Shown here: in pieces, positions 1-10,063 of the stretch
Layout of the letters: every line of letters begins with the position of its first letter
How positions within the stretch are numbered: the stretch's first letter is position 1
Source of the DNA: an uncultured Ectothiorhodospiraceae bacterium
Lineage (GTDB): Bacteria; Pseudomonadota; Gammaproteobacteria; UBA9214
NCBI GenBank assembly: GCA_964443845.1
Contig: CAYUFA010000009.1
Location: forward strand, 218 to 64,217
Length of the DNA stretch: 64,000 bases
Direction of reading: 5' to 3'
The notes under the pieces: model-generated
Databases searched by the model: none
What the model saw: only the letters and a program-made list of their open reading frames with translations
Told to the model about the DNA's origin: nothing
Translations under genes and position numbers: made by a program

Positions 1-1
1 T

Positions 2-595
2 GAAATAAGTGAGTTTGATGTATTAGGTGTCGATCCTGATTCCAATATTACAGATGATGATATTAAGAAGGCATTTAATGAAAATCCAGGCAGAAAGTTA
101 TTGAGGAAAGGAGATCCAGTCTTATTGATTCAGTCCGGGGCAATGATCCCAGATCAGGTAATGATAGAGCAGATGGAGAAGTCATTTTCTGTGACAGTTT
201 TTACAGGAGTGCCAGAAAAGGATAAAAAGGAGAATCAAAGCTACTCGAAATCATTACGCCTATCGGCTGCAAAAGCAGGAATTGGAACAATTGTTGTTTA
301 TTGGGGGGTGTTGGAGTCGGGGATAGAAGATCTAGCCACGAAGTCAGTCTCCTGGTTCCCGATAATTGGATCAGCGGTTCCTGATGAGGCGCAGAAGATG
401 AGGATTCGTTTGAAAGTAGCGGTAATTGATGTCCGAAGTGGACAGTGGGAAATCTTTACTCCAGGAACAATTGACGATAAATCATATAGCGGCCGATTTA
501 ACCGTGAGCATTCTGACCAAGAACAAGTAGCTGCATTAAAAGCAGCTGCATATGAGCTCGCTGCTGAAGGTATTGCGGCGAGATTCATCAAATGA
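2..595 (+). CDS. hypothetical protein, 5'-truncated at window edge (low-GC segment)
   Basis: Reading frame is open from nt 2 with no upstream stop. Composition is AT-rich, unlike the rest of the window. No family motif recognised. Confidence 0.4.
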   Translation, partial: EISEFDVLGVDPDSNITDDDIKKAFNENPGRKLLRKGDPVLLIQSGAMIPDQVMIEQMEKSFSVTVFTGVPEKDKKENQSYSKSLRLSAAKAGIGTIVVYWGVLESGIEDLATKSVSWFPIIGSAVPDEAQKMRIRLKVAVIDVRSGQWEIFTPGTIDDKSYSGRFNREHSDQEQVAALKAAAYELAAEGIAARFIK

Positions 596-666
596 GTTCC
601 AACGACACAGTCGAGAAGGACGCGCTGACGCGCGCCTCTCACTGTGAGCGTTATGCCTTGAATTGA

Positions 667-1014
667 ATGAGGAATAAATACACCCCGATTGCGATGGTTG
701 CGTGCTTGATTATGTCTTGCTCCATGAGTAATACGACTACGGTTGCCATTTCAAATGACAGTGGCGCGGAAATAAAATCACTTAAAGTCGATGTTTCAGA
801 TCATGAGCAAACAATAAAAAATATGCTGAATGGGAAGCGTGCAAAATTCATATTTCAGGGCATTCATGATGCTCACTATGTCCTGAATGGCGAATTTTCC
901 GATGGCACAAAAATCCATGGCGAGATTGGTTATGTAACAGATGGAATGGATTTTAATGATTCGTTTGAAATTCACGAGGGTGGAAAGGTTGAATTTAAGT
1001 CGGGACCACATTAG
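667..1014 (+). CDS. hypothetical small lipoprotein (low-GC segment)
   Basis: N-terminus MRNKYTPIAMVACLIMSC resembles a lipoprotein signal with a lipobox-like Cys. 115 aa. AT-rich codon usage. Confidence 0.4.
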   Translation: MRNKYTPIAMVACLIMSCSMSNTTTVAISNDSGAEIKSLKVDVSDHEQTIKNMLNGKRAKFIFQGIHDAHYVLNGEFSDGTKIHGEIGYVTDGMDFNDSFEIHEGGKVEFKSGPH

Positions 1015-1110
1015 TCGGGTTAGGCATAACAATGCGCTCGTGTGGGACTCAACAAGAGGCGCTCGTTCCCCGCGCTGCATTTTGTCGCCCGTGATTTGCG
1101 GCGTCTGGAA

Positions 1111-1761
1111 ATGGAAATGCGTGCTGCGTGGATACCGGCGCTTCTCTTCCTGTCTCTGACAGCTGTCGCAGACGAAGCGCTTTGGAATAAACTGCAGCAA
1201 GACCCGCATATGGTCGTACTTGTGCGAAACGCGGAATCTGCCGGGAATCGCGATGGAGCCAATATGTTCGCGTGGGATTCAACCGGTAAATGTACTGGCG
1301 AAAGCACATTGACCGCAACAGGCAGGACCCGGGCCAGGAAATACGGTTCGGTATTCGCGATGCGTGGTGTCACACCGGTCGTAATCAGCTCGCCGGTGTG
1401 CCGTTGCACGGAAACCGCGCAAATTGCGTGCGGAAGGTGCCTGACTGATCCGGGATTGAGGCAAAGACCTCCTGAAGATCGTCGGGGGCAGGAGGCATTC
1501 CTGAATACCGCGAGCGCACTGCTCGGTAAACAGAGAGGCAATTTGCCAGTCGTCTTCGTGAATCATCGTTTCAACATCGACGTATTGACGATGGAGCTGA
1601 TCGATACTGGTGAGCTTCTGGCAGGAACAGTCACTGAGGATGGTGAAATTGAAGTTCTTGGCAACATCCGGCTGGAAATGTGGGAAAATTTCCTGGCAAA
1701 ATGTTCAACAACGCACGTTCCTCGCCCGGACAGCCTGCGCTGCACTTCGGCAGCCGGTTGA
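1111..1761 (+). CDS. secreted histidine-phosphatase-superfamily-like protein with degenerate catalytic motif (RHG replaced by RNA)
   Basis: Signal peptide MRAAWIPALLFLSLTAVA. LVRNAESAGN, LTATGRTRARKYG and VISSPVCRCTETAQIA resemble SixA/PGM-type motifs, but the catalytic His is Asn. Confidence 0.45.
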   Translation: MEMRAAWIPALLFLSLTAVADEALWNKLQQDPHMVVLVRNAESAGNRDGANMFAWDSTGKCTGESTLTATGRTRARKYGSVFAMRGVTPVVISSPVCRCTETAQIACGRCLTDPGLRQRPPEDRRGQEAFLNTASALLGKQRGNLPVVFVNHRFNIDVLTMELIDTGELLAGTVTEDGEIEVLGNIRLEMWENFLAKCSTTHVPRPDSLRCTSAAG

Positions 1762-1782
1762 CCTGGCGTCAGGCACAGACAG

Positions 1783-2190
1783 ATGAGCACACCAAGAATG
1801 CTGCTGAACGGGGTCGTTGCATTCTGCTGCTTTTCGGGCGGGGTGTCTTTGCTTGCCCGGGGATCATTCTTCTTGCGAGACCGGTGGCATCCGGAGACCG
1901 GAACATACTTTTCCGGTGTGCCGCTATATCTCCTGGCCTTCGGCCTGTTCTTCCTTGGGGCATTCGCGGTGGCGGTCGCACGGGCCTGGATGATGGGTGC
2001 GATACCGCTGCCGGATCTGCGCAGGGGGCGGCCTCGCCCCGATTACAAGGGACGGATGATCGCCCGATACTGGTACATCGTTGCCCCTGCCTTGATACTC
2101 GTACTTGGCGCGTTCATGCTGGCGAAACACGCGCCAAACCCGTCGTTTCACCCGGTGCTGCAAAACAGCGCGGTTCAGCTCAAGCGCTAG
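1783..2190 (+). CDS. hypothetical membrane protein
   Basis: 135-aa ORF with 3-4 hydrophobic segments. No family assignment. Confidence 0.3.
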   Translation: MSTPRMLLNGVVAFCCFSGGVSLLARGSFFLRDRWHPETGTYFSGVPLYLLAFGLFFLGAFAVAVARAWMMGAIPLPDLRRGRPRPDYKGRMIARYWYIVAPALILVLGAFMLAKHAPNPSFHPVLQNSAVQLKR

Positions 2191-2209
2191 GCCACAAACG
2201 GAGATCGGG

Positions 2210-2707
2210 ATGCGATCACTGTCAAAGCAGAAGCAGATCCCGGGGCTTGTCGGCTGGCTAATGGTGAGCTTTGCCGCATCTGCCGTTGGAGCCATGGCAT
2301 CCATACAGGCCGGGTCTTTCTACAGCCAGCTTGCCCGGCCTGCCTGGGCACCGCCGTCAGGTGTCTTTGGTCCGGTTTGGACGGTTCTGTATGGCTTGAT
2401 GGGAATCGCCGCCTGGTTGGTATGGCGTTCTGGCGGATTCCGCCCCAATCGACGGGCTCTCACCTTGTTTCTGTTGCAGCTTGCTTGCAACGCACTATGG
2501 AGCTGGCTGTTTTTCGCCTGGCACCGCGGCGCATGGGCACTCGCCGACGTCCTGGTGCTGTGGACCCTTATCGTTGCCACCCTGGTCGCTTTCTGGAGGG
2601 TGCGCCCGCTTGCGGGCGCACTGCTCATTCCATACCTGCTGTGGGTCAGTTTCGCATCCGCACTGAATTATTCCGTTTGGCAGCTCAACCCGCAGGTTCT
2701 CGGTTAA
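2210..2707 (+). CDS. tspO: TspO/MBR family tryptophan-rich sensory protein
   Basis: Trp-rich five-TM protein with GVFGPVWTVLY, LWSWLFF and LLIPYLLWVSFA motifs. Internal ATG at 2210 chosen over the long ORF start. Confidence 0.85.
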   Translation: MRSLSKQKQIPGLVGWLMVSFAASAVGAMASIQAGSFYSQLARPAWAPPSGVFGPVWTVLYGLMGIAAWLVWRSGGFRPNRRALTLFLLQLACNALWSWLFFAWHRGAWALADVLVLWTLIVATLVAFWRVRPLAGALLIPYLLWVSFASALNYSVWQLNPQVLG

Positions 2708-2890
2708 TGACATTGCCGCCTGGCGATTCATTCAATGCGTATCCGCTTCGCAGCTCGGCCTGATTCGGGTATCAGGTGCAATGATCTGGAGAGTGAGGGG
2801 AATTCAGTCGAGAACCGCCCGGGCCAGCATGTTGGATCTGCCGGAAAGACCATGCACGAGTCAGCGATTCGGAAGTCCGGGGTGATCTCC

Positions 2891-3364
2891 ATGGCTTCCC
2901 GTGCGCGGGTCACGATGGGCATTCGCTGCGTGGCATGGTTTGCGGCGCTGATGTTTGTGACTATTCCCGTGATTGCCTTTGCACAGACGCCCTGTCCGGG
3001 AATTCACGTACAGATCCTGAACATACGAAACAGCACTGGAACCGTCGATTGTGCACTTTTCGAATCATCAGTCGGCTTTCCTAATGAGTTTCTGCGCTCG
3101 GCAATGAATGTTATGGTTTTGAAAATCCGGAAGACGCAGGCGCGTTGCCACTTTGAAGACATTCCTCCTGGAACTTATGCGATTGCCGTTATCCATGATG
3201 AGAATATGAATGGCAGGCTTGATGACAATTTAATTGGTATCCCGACCGAAGGCTATGGTTTTTCAAAGGATGCGAAAGCCCTGTTCGGGGCACCCTCGTT
3301 TTCCGCTGCGAGCTTCCCGTATGACGGGCAGAACCTGGATTTCACGATAAGCTTGCAGTACTGA
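2891..3364 (+). CDS. DUF2141 family secreted protein
   Basis: Signal peptide (MASRARVTMGIRCVAWFAALMF...AFAQTP). Conserved GTYAIAVIHDENMNGRLDDNLIGIPTEGYGFS block typical of DUF2141. Confidence 0.55.
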   Translation: MASRARVTMGIRCVAWFAALMFVTIPVIAFAQTPCPGIHVQILNIRNSTGTVDCALFESSVGFPNEFLRSAMNVMVLKIRKTQARCHFEDIPPGTYAIAVIHDENMNGRLDDNLIGIPTEGYGFSKDAKALFGAPSFSAASFPYDGQNLDFTISLQY

Positions 3365-3474
3365 GCTTCCGTCGTTTCAACTCTGAGGATTTATGCGCAA
3401 ATACTGCCTGAAGCGCCTGACCCCGCATTGCAGCCGATCCCTGCAGGCGGGCGCGCCTGGATGCGAACGCTAGA

Positions 3475-3981
3475 TTGCCGAGTTGCCAGTCGCCGATGGC
3501 GTCCACTATGCCCGAACATCACAAGGCCATCCGTGCCATCGCGTACCTGGAAGCTTCCAAGGGTGCTGTCGTCCTGCTCGCCGCCACGGGGCTGCTGTCC
3601 CTGGTTCATAAGGATGTCATTGCTGTGGCTGCGGCCATGATTGAGCACCTGCATCTCAATCCGGCCTCGAAGTATCCGGAGATCTTTCTTGATCTCGCTG
3701 CCAGGGTCCAGGATACGAAACTTGTCTTATTGGCAGCCGGAGCCACCCTCTACTCTTGCGTTCGATTTGCTGAAGCATATGGTCTTTTCTTCGAGCGAGC
3801 CTGGGCAGAAGTACTGGCAGCCGCCAGTGGCGCCATCTACGTCCCGTTTGAAGTTCTCGAGCTCCTCCGCAAGCCAACCTGGCACGGTGCGGCGCTTTTT
3901 GGAGTCAACATTGTAATCGTGGCTGTCATGGTGCATGCGCTTGTCCGGCGTCGGCAGAAAGTACCATCCAGTTCGTCCTGA
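3475..3981 (+). CDS. DUF2127 family membrane protein
   Basis: About 160-aa protein with IRAIAYLEASKGAVVLLAATGLL and C-terminal TM segments. Start could be internal (about 3508). Confidence 0.5.
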   Translation: MPSCQSPMASTMPEHHKAIRAIAYLEASKGAVVLLAATGLLSLVHKDVIAVAAAMIEHLHLNPASKYPEIFLDLAARVQDTKLVLLAAGATLYSCVRFAEAYGLFFERAWAEVLAAASGAIYVPFEVLELLRKPTWHGAALFGVNIVIVAVMVHALVRRRQKVPSSSS

Positions 3982-4278
3982 ACCATCGCTCGAACCACCC
4001 GCTGTGCCAGGCGTCGATTGGCCGCTCCAGACGAAGTGAGCTATTGCCCTTCCGCGGACAATTGAACATTCACCCGATCACTCTGCAGCGGTGGCGGCTC
4101 AGAATGCGGCTGGGGAATTTGAAATTAATGCTCTATTGGCGCGCTTGTGCGACAGATTGCTGCCGGCCGGGCAAAAGATCCGGAAGTCGGAGCGGGAATT
4201 GAGGCAGGTCGGGGAAGAGAGCGCGGTGCTCAGGAAGGCCGGGAGGTCCTTGCGCGCAGCAGTGCCGGCCCTGCTGGC

Positions 4279-4731
4279 TCAGCCTTCGCTCGCGACGGGC
4301 GGCGCCTGCACGGGCGCGGCGGACACCAGACCGTACCTGGCCATGACAGCCACGAGTGCTGCCCGGTCAGGTGGGCCGCCCGCACCGGACAAGGCGCCAA
4401 CATCGCGGAAGAACTGCTCGCCGATATCCGGAGTCAGCATCACGAGCGCACGCGCGGTCCCGGTCCCGGGATTGCAGAAATGGTGTATCGAACCCCGTGG
4501 CGTCGACATCCATTCACCGGGCTTCAGGTCACGGGTTTCATCGTCGACTGTATATCTGAGTACACCCTCCAGGACGTAAATACACTCTTCGTTGCCGGAA
4601 TGGCTGTGCGGAGGGGGCACATGGGCGCCGGCCGGAACCTTCATTTCGAACAGACCCAGTCCGCCCTTTTGCGCACCATCCACAAGATAGCGAATTTCCA
4701 TTGGCCCGACCTTTATAACCTGTTGATTCAT
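4279..4731 (-). CDS. cupin domain protein
   Basis: HSHSGNEECIYVLEG and HHF motifs of cupin_2. Divergent from the LysR gene. Start taken at MNQQVIKV. Confidence 0.6.
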   Translation of the reverse strand: MNQQVIKVGPMEIRYLVDGAQKGGLGLFEMKVPAGAHVPPPHSHSGNEECIYVLEGVLRYTVDDETRDLKPGEWMSTPRGSIHHFCNPGTGTARALVMLTPDIGEQFFRDVGALSGAGGPPDRAALVAVMARYGLVSAAPVQAPPVASEG

Positions 4732-4869
4732 GGCGATCTCCTCAGCCTTCACCCTGTTGTGTCCAGCGCCGTGAGCGAACGATTTCGTGTAGTGCACGGA
4801 CAATGTAGTAGGTTGCAGAAATCGGATAAATATCGTTAACTGCAATTCATTGTTGCAGAAAACGTATCA

Positions 4870-5784
4870 ATGAAGAATCGCCTGAATGAGATGCGTGTGT
4901 TCGCGCAGGTCGTGGAAGCGCAAAGCTTCACCGCCGCCGCGGACAAACTCGGCATATCGAAATCGCTGGCGAGCCGGCAGGTGAGCGCGCTGGAACGCTC
5001 GCTGTCGGTGAAGTTGCTGCACCGCTCGACACGCAAGCTCAGCCTGACCGGGGCCGGCGCCCTGTTGTACGAGCATTGCGCCAGAATCGTGCAGGAAGCG
5101 GAACTGGCCGAGCAGCGCCTGGCCCGGGCACAGTCCGAACCGGCCGGTCTGGTGAGAGTGACGGCAGTGCCGGCGTTCGCGGTGCGGCATGTATTGCCCG
5201 CGCTCACCGAGTTCCATCAGAAGTATCCGAAAATCCTGGTCAGGCTCTTCTGCAGCAATCGCCCGGTCGACCTGGGCGATGCGGGATTCGACCTGGGCAT
5301 CCGCGTGTCGTTTGGTCCGGACCCGAATCTGGTGGCGCGCAAGCTCGCCGACAACCGCTCGGTGTTGTGTGCCACGCCCGCCTACCTCAGGCGCCGCGGG
5401 GCACCGCGCCGGCTCGAGGACCTGCGCGATCATGAGTGCGTGCTGTTTCCGCCGCTTGCGCCCAGGGGAGTCTGGACGTTGCGGCGCGAAAGGCGGAAAT
5501 ATTCCGTGCCGGTCACCGGGGTGTTTGAAACCGACGAAATGGACGCGGTGCGTGCGGCCGTCGCTGCCGGACTGGGGATCGGTATCCTGCCAATATATAT
5601 GGCGGGGGATGCGTTGCGGCGGGGTGAACTGGTACCCTTGTTGCGCGAGTACCAGGTCGTACCAGAGAGCGCCATTTACCTGGTCTTTTTACCCAACCGC
5701 ACACCCGCATCGCGCGTGCGCGTGCTGATCGATTTTCTCGTGGAGCGGTTCGGCTCTACGCCTGCGTGGGAAGGGGGCTGGTGA
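4870..5784 (+). CDS. LysR family transcriptional regulator
   Basis: N-terminal HTH (MRVFAQVVEAQSFTAAADKLGISKSLASRQVSALE) plus LysR substrate-binding domain. Divergent to the cupin gene. Confidence 0.85.
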   Translation: MKNRLNEMRVFAQVVEAQSFTAAADKLGISKSLASRQVSALERSLSVKLLHRSTRKLSLTGAGALLYEHCARIVQEAELAEQRLARAQSEPAGLVRVTAVPAFAVRHVLPALTEFHQKYPKILVRLFCSNRPVDLGDAGFDLGIRVSFGPDPNLVARKLADNRSVLCATPAYLRRRGAPRRLEDLRDHECVLFPPLAPRGVWTLRRERRKYSVPVTGVFETDEMDAVRAAVAAGLGIGILPIYMAGDALRRGELVPLLREYQVVPESAIYLVFLPNRTPASRVRVLIDFLVERFGSTPAWEGGW

Positions 5785-6023
5785 TCGACGCGTCTTCGTT
5801 TCTCACCGCAAGGCGCGCCGTCCGGACGCGGATTCTCTGCGCTGGATACGCGGTTGCGAAGGTGACGCCCGGCTCTCCGGTGCGGCGGACCATCTTGTTG
5901 CGGGCTCGCGGGCGCGGCTTCACGGCCGTTGACCGGGATTAATCAAAACAGGAGGCGGGCCCGGCCCATGCTGCCGCGCGGCCGTCCATACGGGTCGTTC
6001 GGCATCAGACTGGTGACAGTGCC

Positions 6024-6644
6024 ATGCGCTATCAGGGAAAGATTACGGGATGGAAAGACGGTCAGGGTTTCGGGTTTGTCACGCCACACGGGGGCGGGGA
6101 TAAAGCCTTCGTTCACATAAAGGCGTTTGAGAGGCGATCAAGAAGACCTGCCGAGGGAGACATTATCACCTATGAGGTTGCCGTTGACGGAAAGCGCCGG
6201 CTGCGTGCGACCAGGATCCGGTTTTCCCGTGACATCCGGGATACTGCACCAGGCCACAAAGAAAGTTCCCCGGGCATGTACTTTTGCGCAATATTTTGCG
6301 CCCTGTTATTACTGGCCTCGATTCTCGGAAAACTTCCTGTGATCGTACCGGCTGTCTATGGCGCGGCAAGCGTTGTTGCATTTGTCGCATATGCAATGGA
6401 TAAATCAGCCGCCAGAAACAATCGCTGGAGAACCAGTGAGGCCACGTTGCACCTGCTCGCAATCGTTGGGGGCTGGCCGGGCGCATTGCTCGCCCAGAAG
6501 AAACTTCGCCACAAATCCCGAAAAAGGGAATTTCAGACTGTTTTCCGGGTTACGGTGGTCCTGAATTGTTGCCTGCTGGGCTGGCTTTTCACGGAGCGTG
6601 GTGCGTCATTTCTCAACTCCGCCCTTCAGCAGCTTGTTGAATAA
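6024..6644 (+). CDS. cold-shock domain / DUF1294 fusion membrane protein
   Basis: N-terminal CSD (GKITGWKDGQGFGFVTP...AFVHIKAF) followed by TM segments and the KKLRHKSRKREF DUF1294-type region. Confidence 0.75.
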   Translation: MRYQGKITGWKDGQGFGFVTPHGGGDKAFVHIKAFERRSRRPAEGDIITYEVAVDGKRRLRATRIRFSRDIRDTAPGHKESSPGMYFCAIFCALLLLASILGKLPVIVPAVYGAASVVAFVAYAMDKSAARNNRWRTSEATLHLLAIVGGWPGALLAQKKLRHKSRKREFQTVFRVTVVLNCCLLGWLFTERGASFLNSALQQLVE

Positions 6645-7054
6645 CCTTTATACGAGGTCATTATTGCCGTTTGTCAGGGGCAGTTGACCCTTGTCCTGTA
6701 TGTGATCGTCGATCCTGCGGCCTTTGAGGAGGTCGCCATTTCCTGTCATATGTCCTGTAGAGCGTTTTTCAACAAGCTGTTAGTGATGCGGCATCTATTT
6801 CTTCGAGGATCAGAAGGCACTCTCGGCGTTTCTCGAAACCGAGCTGGCGACAACGGTTCCAGTAGCCTACGAGGCAACCGGAATTCGACGGGAGGTCTAC
6901 GAGGTGCTATATCCCCTGTATCCGGAGCGTGGTCCGGTTGCCGGGTAGTAGCGGACTTCGGTGTGCCCCCCACGCCAGCGTGGCCGGCAGGGCCTGCCCC
7001 TGGCCCTGCCGGCCGCGAGCGGAGCGTACGCCAGTAACCGGCAGGTGATCTGAT

Positions 7055-7669
7055 ATGAGTGGATGCTGCGATAACGACTGCTCCCTGGACGCCCTGCGTG
7101 AAAGGCAGCGGGCAACCCTGCAGGTCGTGCTCGTCATCAATGCACTGATGTTCGTGGTCATCGTGGCGGCCGCCGTGTATGGCAATTCAACCGCGCTGCT
7201 GGCCGACAGCCTCGACAACCTGGGAGACGCATTGACGTACGGCCTCAGCCTGTACGTTGTTTCCAGGGGCGCTGTGGCCAAGGCCAGGGTGGCGCTGTTC
7301 AAGGGTGGCCTGATCTTCCTGGCCGCCCTCGCTGTCGTCGCCCAGATTGTCTACCGGGTGATTGTCCCGGGCGTGCCGCTATTTGAGGTCATGGGGGCGT
7401 TCAGTCTGTTCGGTCTCGCCGCCAACTCGACCTGTCTGTTTCTGCTCTGGCGGCATCGCCATGAGGATGTGAACATGAGTTCGGTGTGGGAGTGTTCCCG
7501 CAATGACATCGCAGCGAATCTCTCCGTGTTTGTGGCGGCCGGCCTGGTCTGGATAACGGGAGCGGGATGGCCTGACATCCTGGTCGCGCTGGGTCTTGTT
7601 GCGCTCCTGATGCGTTCGGCCGTGCGCATCATCAGAATGGCCCTGGCGGAGATGCGTGCGGCGGCCTGA
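7055..7669 (+). CDS. cation diffusion facilitator family transporter, transmembrane domain only
   Basis: CDF TM-domain pattern (ALLADSLDNLGDAL...). Only about 204 aa, so the cytoplasmic C-terminal domain is absent. Confidence 0.6.
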   Translation: MSGCCDNDCSLDALRERQRATLQVVLVINALMFVVIVAAAVYGNSTALLADSLDNLGDALTYGLSLYVVSRGAVAKARVALFKGGLIFLAALAVVAQIVYRVIVPGVPLFEVMGAFSLFGLAANSTCLFLLWRHRHEDVNMSSVWECSRNDIAANLSVFVAAGLVWITGAGWPDILVALGLVALLMRSAVRIIRMALAEMRAAA

Positions 7670-7903
7670 CAGGGCCACACGCGCGAACAGCCGAGGCGGG
7701 CGCCCGTCGCCACGCGGCATTCCTGCTGCCGATGTACGCGCGCCGGGCAACGAGGGGGATGTGATGCAAACACCCGAACCAGACGGTGCAGCAAACCTCA
7801 TGCCCGCGCCGGTTCAGCCCGGGGCGGGCAGAATGCTGATCCCGATGTGCGATGCTGCGCTATGCTTGCTGTGTCGTTTTCCCGCATCAGGCAGGTAGAC
7901 GCG

Positions 7904-8620
7904 ATGTCCACATCCATCGGTATCCTCATCATCGGTTCCCTGTACTGGGATGAGCGTGAGCACCGCACATCCTGGCGTGAGCGGCGGCTGCGCACCGAAG
8001 ATGCGGTGCGGGTCCGGGTGCCGATACGATACGGGCGCCGTTCCGAAACCCGGGGTAACAGTTATACAATGGTGTACTCGGGCGAACTCGGCACCTCGGA
8101 TGACACGCTGGGCGTTGCCTGGGTGGTCCCATGCCGGCGGCCGGTCCGGTCTGCAGGTGATCTGTTCGCAGAGGCCGAAGCCTTGTGGGCGGCCGAACAA
8201 CCTCCCGATTCCCGTTGCGGCGGCATCGCTTCGGACTGGGGAGGTGCAGCCATCGTCCGGAATCCCGGTTGTCTCCTGGAGCCGACGATCCAGGAAGCCT
8301 GGGAAGCGCGGGTGGCCGCCGAACAGACCTGCGGCCTGCTGCCTCATGCCGGCAAAGGGGAGCCCCCCGTCGATGCCGCCGGAATACTGAACATTGCCTG
8401 GCCGGCCGGCGCCCCGCCTGAATTTTCCGTACTGCTGGCTGCCGTGACCGCCCCGACACTCCGCGCGGGAAGATACCCGTCCGTGGAGCAGATCGTCGAG
8501 GGGTGGACAACGGCACAGGGCAGCAAGCACCGGAATTACTTCGTCAACAACCGCAAGCACGGAATCCGGACCTTCCAGGACGAAGCGATCGCCCAGCGGC
8601 TCGGTGGTGGTTCCGCCTGA
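7904..8620 (+). CDS. hypothetical protein (possible gamma-glutamyl cyclotransferase-like N-terminus)
   Basis: High GC3 coding frame. N-terminal IGILIIGSLYWDE resembles the YGSL motif of the GGCT/AIG2 fold. The opposite-strand ORF looks like Arg/Gly-rich antisense. Confidence 0.35.
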   Translation: MSTSIGILIIGSLYWDEREHRTSWRERRLRTEDAVRVRVPIRYGRRSETRGNSYTMVYSGELGTSDDTLGVAWVVPCRRPVRSAGDLFAEAEALWAAEQPPDSRCGGIASDWGGAAIVRNPGCLLEPTIQEAWEARVAAEQTCGLLPHAGKGEPPVDAAGILNIAWPAGAPPEFSVLLAAVTAPTLRAGRYPSVEQIVEGWTTAQGSKHRNYFVNNRKHGIRTFQDEAIAQRLGGGSA

Positions 8621-8934
8621 CCTCATTCCGCGTTCGCGTTTGTCTCGTCGGGCGTGAGAATGGCTTCGGGAACGCCTGACATCGACGGTGGTCACACGAT
8701 GCACAGCCGCTGTGGAAGGGTTCGCCGGAATTCAGTCCGGGAGACCGTAACATCGTTAAGGCAACCCGGAACAGGGCATCAGGTAATATCCGGTGTGCGG
8801 ACCTGTCCAGGCAGATGACCGAACCCATGGACAGTCTGCAATCGATTCAGCGCAGGGTGGCTGCGTCAGGGGGGGTGGCGCAGGGTGCCGGCACGATACC
8901 GGTCAATGACAGATCAACAAGACAGAGGAAAGCC

Positions 8935-9960
8935 ATGCACGAGCCACTCGATCCTTCCTATATCATGCAGACCGCGACCGCCTTCTGGGCGTCGAAAGTC
9001 CTGTTGACCGCGGTGGAACTGGAAGTATTCTCCACCCTGGGAGACGGTAACCTGACCGCAACGCAACTCGGCGCCACCCTGGGGCTGCATCCCCGCGGGA
9101 TCTACGATTTTTTTGATGCACTCGTGGCCCTGAAGTTTCTGGAGCGGGATGGAGACGGCCCGGAAGGGAAATACAGAAACACGCCCCAGACAGCGGCGTT
9201 TCTGAACAGGAACAGCCCTGCGTATATCGGTGGCCTGCCGGAGATGCTGAATTCCCGCCTGTTCGGGTTCTGGAACGAACTCGGCACGGCCCTGAAAACC
9301 GGCAGACCGCAGAATGAAACCCGGCATGGCGGCAAGTCGGTCTTCGAGGAGCTGTACGGGAACCAGGCCTCCCTGGGCGAGTTTCTCGATGCCATGACCG
9401 GATTCCAGGCGGCCAACTTCACTGCGCTGGCGGAGAAGTTCGACTTCACGAAATACCGCACGGTCGGCGACGTGGGTGGCGCCCTGGCGCTGCTGTCCCG
9501 GATCATCGCTGCACGCCACCCGCACCTCACGTTCACCAGTTTCGACCTCCCGCCGGTGAAGCCGCTTGCGCAGGAGAAGATCAGGGCAGCGGGCATGGAA
9601 GGACGCATCACGGCGGCGGCGGGAGATTTCTTCGCGGATGACCTGCCGAAGGCGGACGTGGTCACCATGGGCAACATCCTGCACGACTGGGATCTCGAAA
9701 AGAAAAAGATTCTGATCGGGAAGGCCTATGCGGCATTGCCGCCCGGCGGAGCATTCATCGCGATCGAAAACGTGATCGATGATGCCCGCCGGGAAAATGC
9801 CTTCGGGTTGCTGATGTCACTCAACATGCTGATCGAGTTTGGCGATGCCTTCGACTACACCGGTGCGGATTTCCGCAACTGGTGCGGGGCTGCCGGCTTT
9901 CAACGTTTTGATCTCATCCGGCTGGCCGGTCCGACCAGTGCCGTAATTGCCTACAAGTAA
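8935..9960 (+). CDS. class I SAM-dependent O-methyltransferase (Methyltransf_2 type with dimerisation domain)
   Basis: VGDVGGALALLS glycine-rich SAM motif, FDLP, DFF and NILHDW motifs typical of plant/bacterial O-MTs. Start at MHEPLD. Confidence 0.8.
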   Translation: MHEPLDPSYIMQTATAFWASKVLLTAVELEVFSTLGDGNLTATQLGATLGLHPRGIYDFFDALVALKFLERDGDGPEGKYRNTPQTAAFLNRNSPAYIGGLPEMLNSRLFGFWNELGTALKTGRPQNETRHGGKSVFEELYGNQASLGEFLDAMTGFQAANFTALAEKFDFTKYRTVGDVGGALALLSRIIAARHPHLTFTSFDLPPVKPLAQEKIRAAGMEGRITAAAGDFFADDLPKADVVTMGNILHDWDLEKKKILIGKAYAALPPGGAFIAIENVIDDARRENAFGLLMSLNMLIEFGDAFDYTGADFRNWCGAAGFQRFDLIRLAGPTSAVIAYK

Positions 9961-10063
9961 GGTAACCGCCGCTCCGGCCGCAGCGGCGACGCCACGGGGA
10001 GTGACCGGCAGGAGCGTTACAATACCGGGCAACCTTGCAGATAACCGTCGACAGGGGTGATCA

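Noticed and set aside
4147-4839. 230-aa plus-strand ORF overlapping the cupin gene
   Set aside because: Opposite-strand cupin ORF has a clear family signature. The plus ORF is Arg/Gly-rich.
6749-6766. CTGTCATATGTCCTGTAG Pho-box-like sequence between the CSD-DUF1294 gene and the CDF gene
   Set aside because: Second half-site is poor and the location is about 300 bp from the nearest start. Likely fortuitous.
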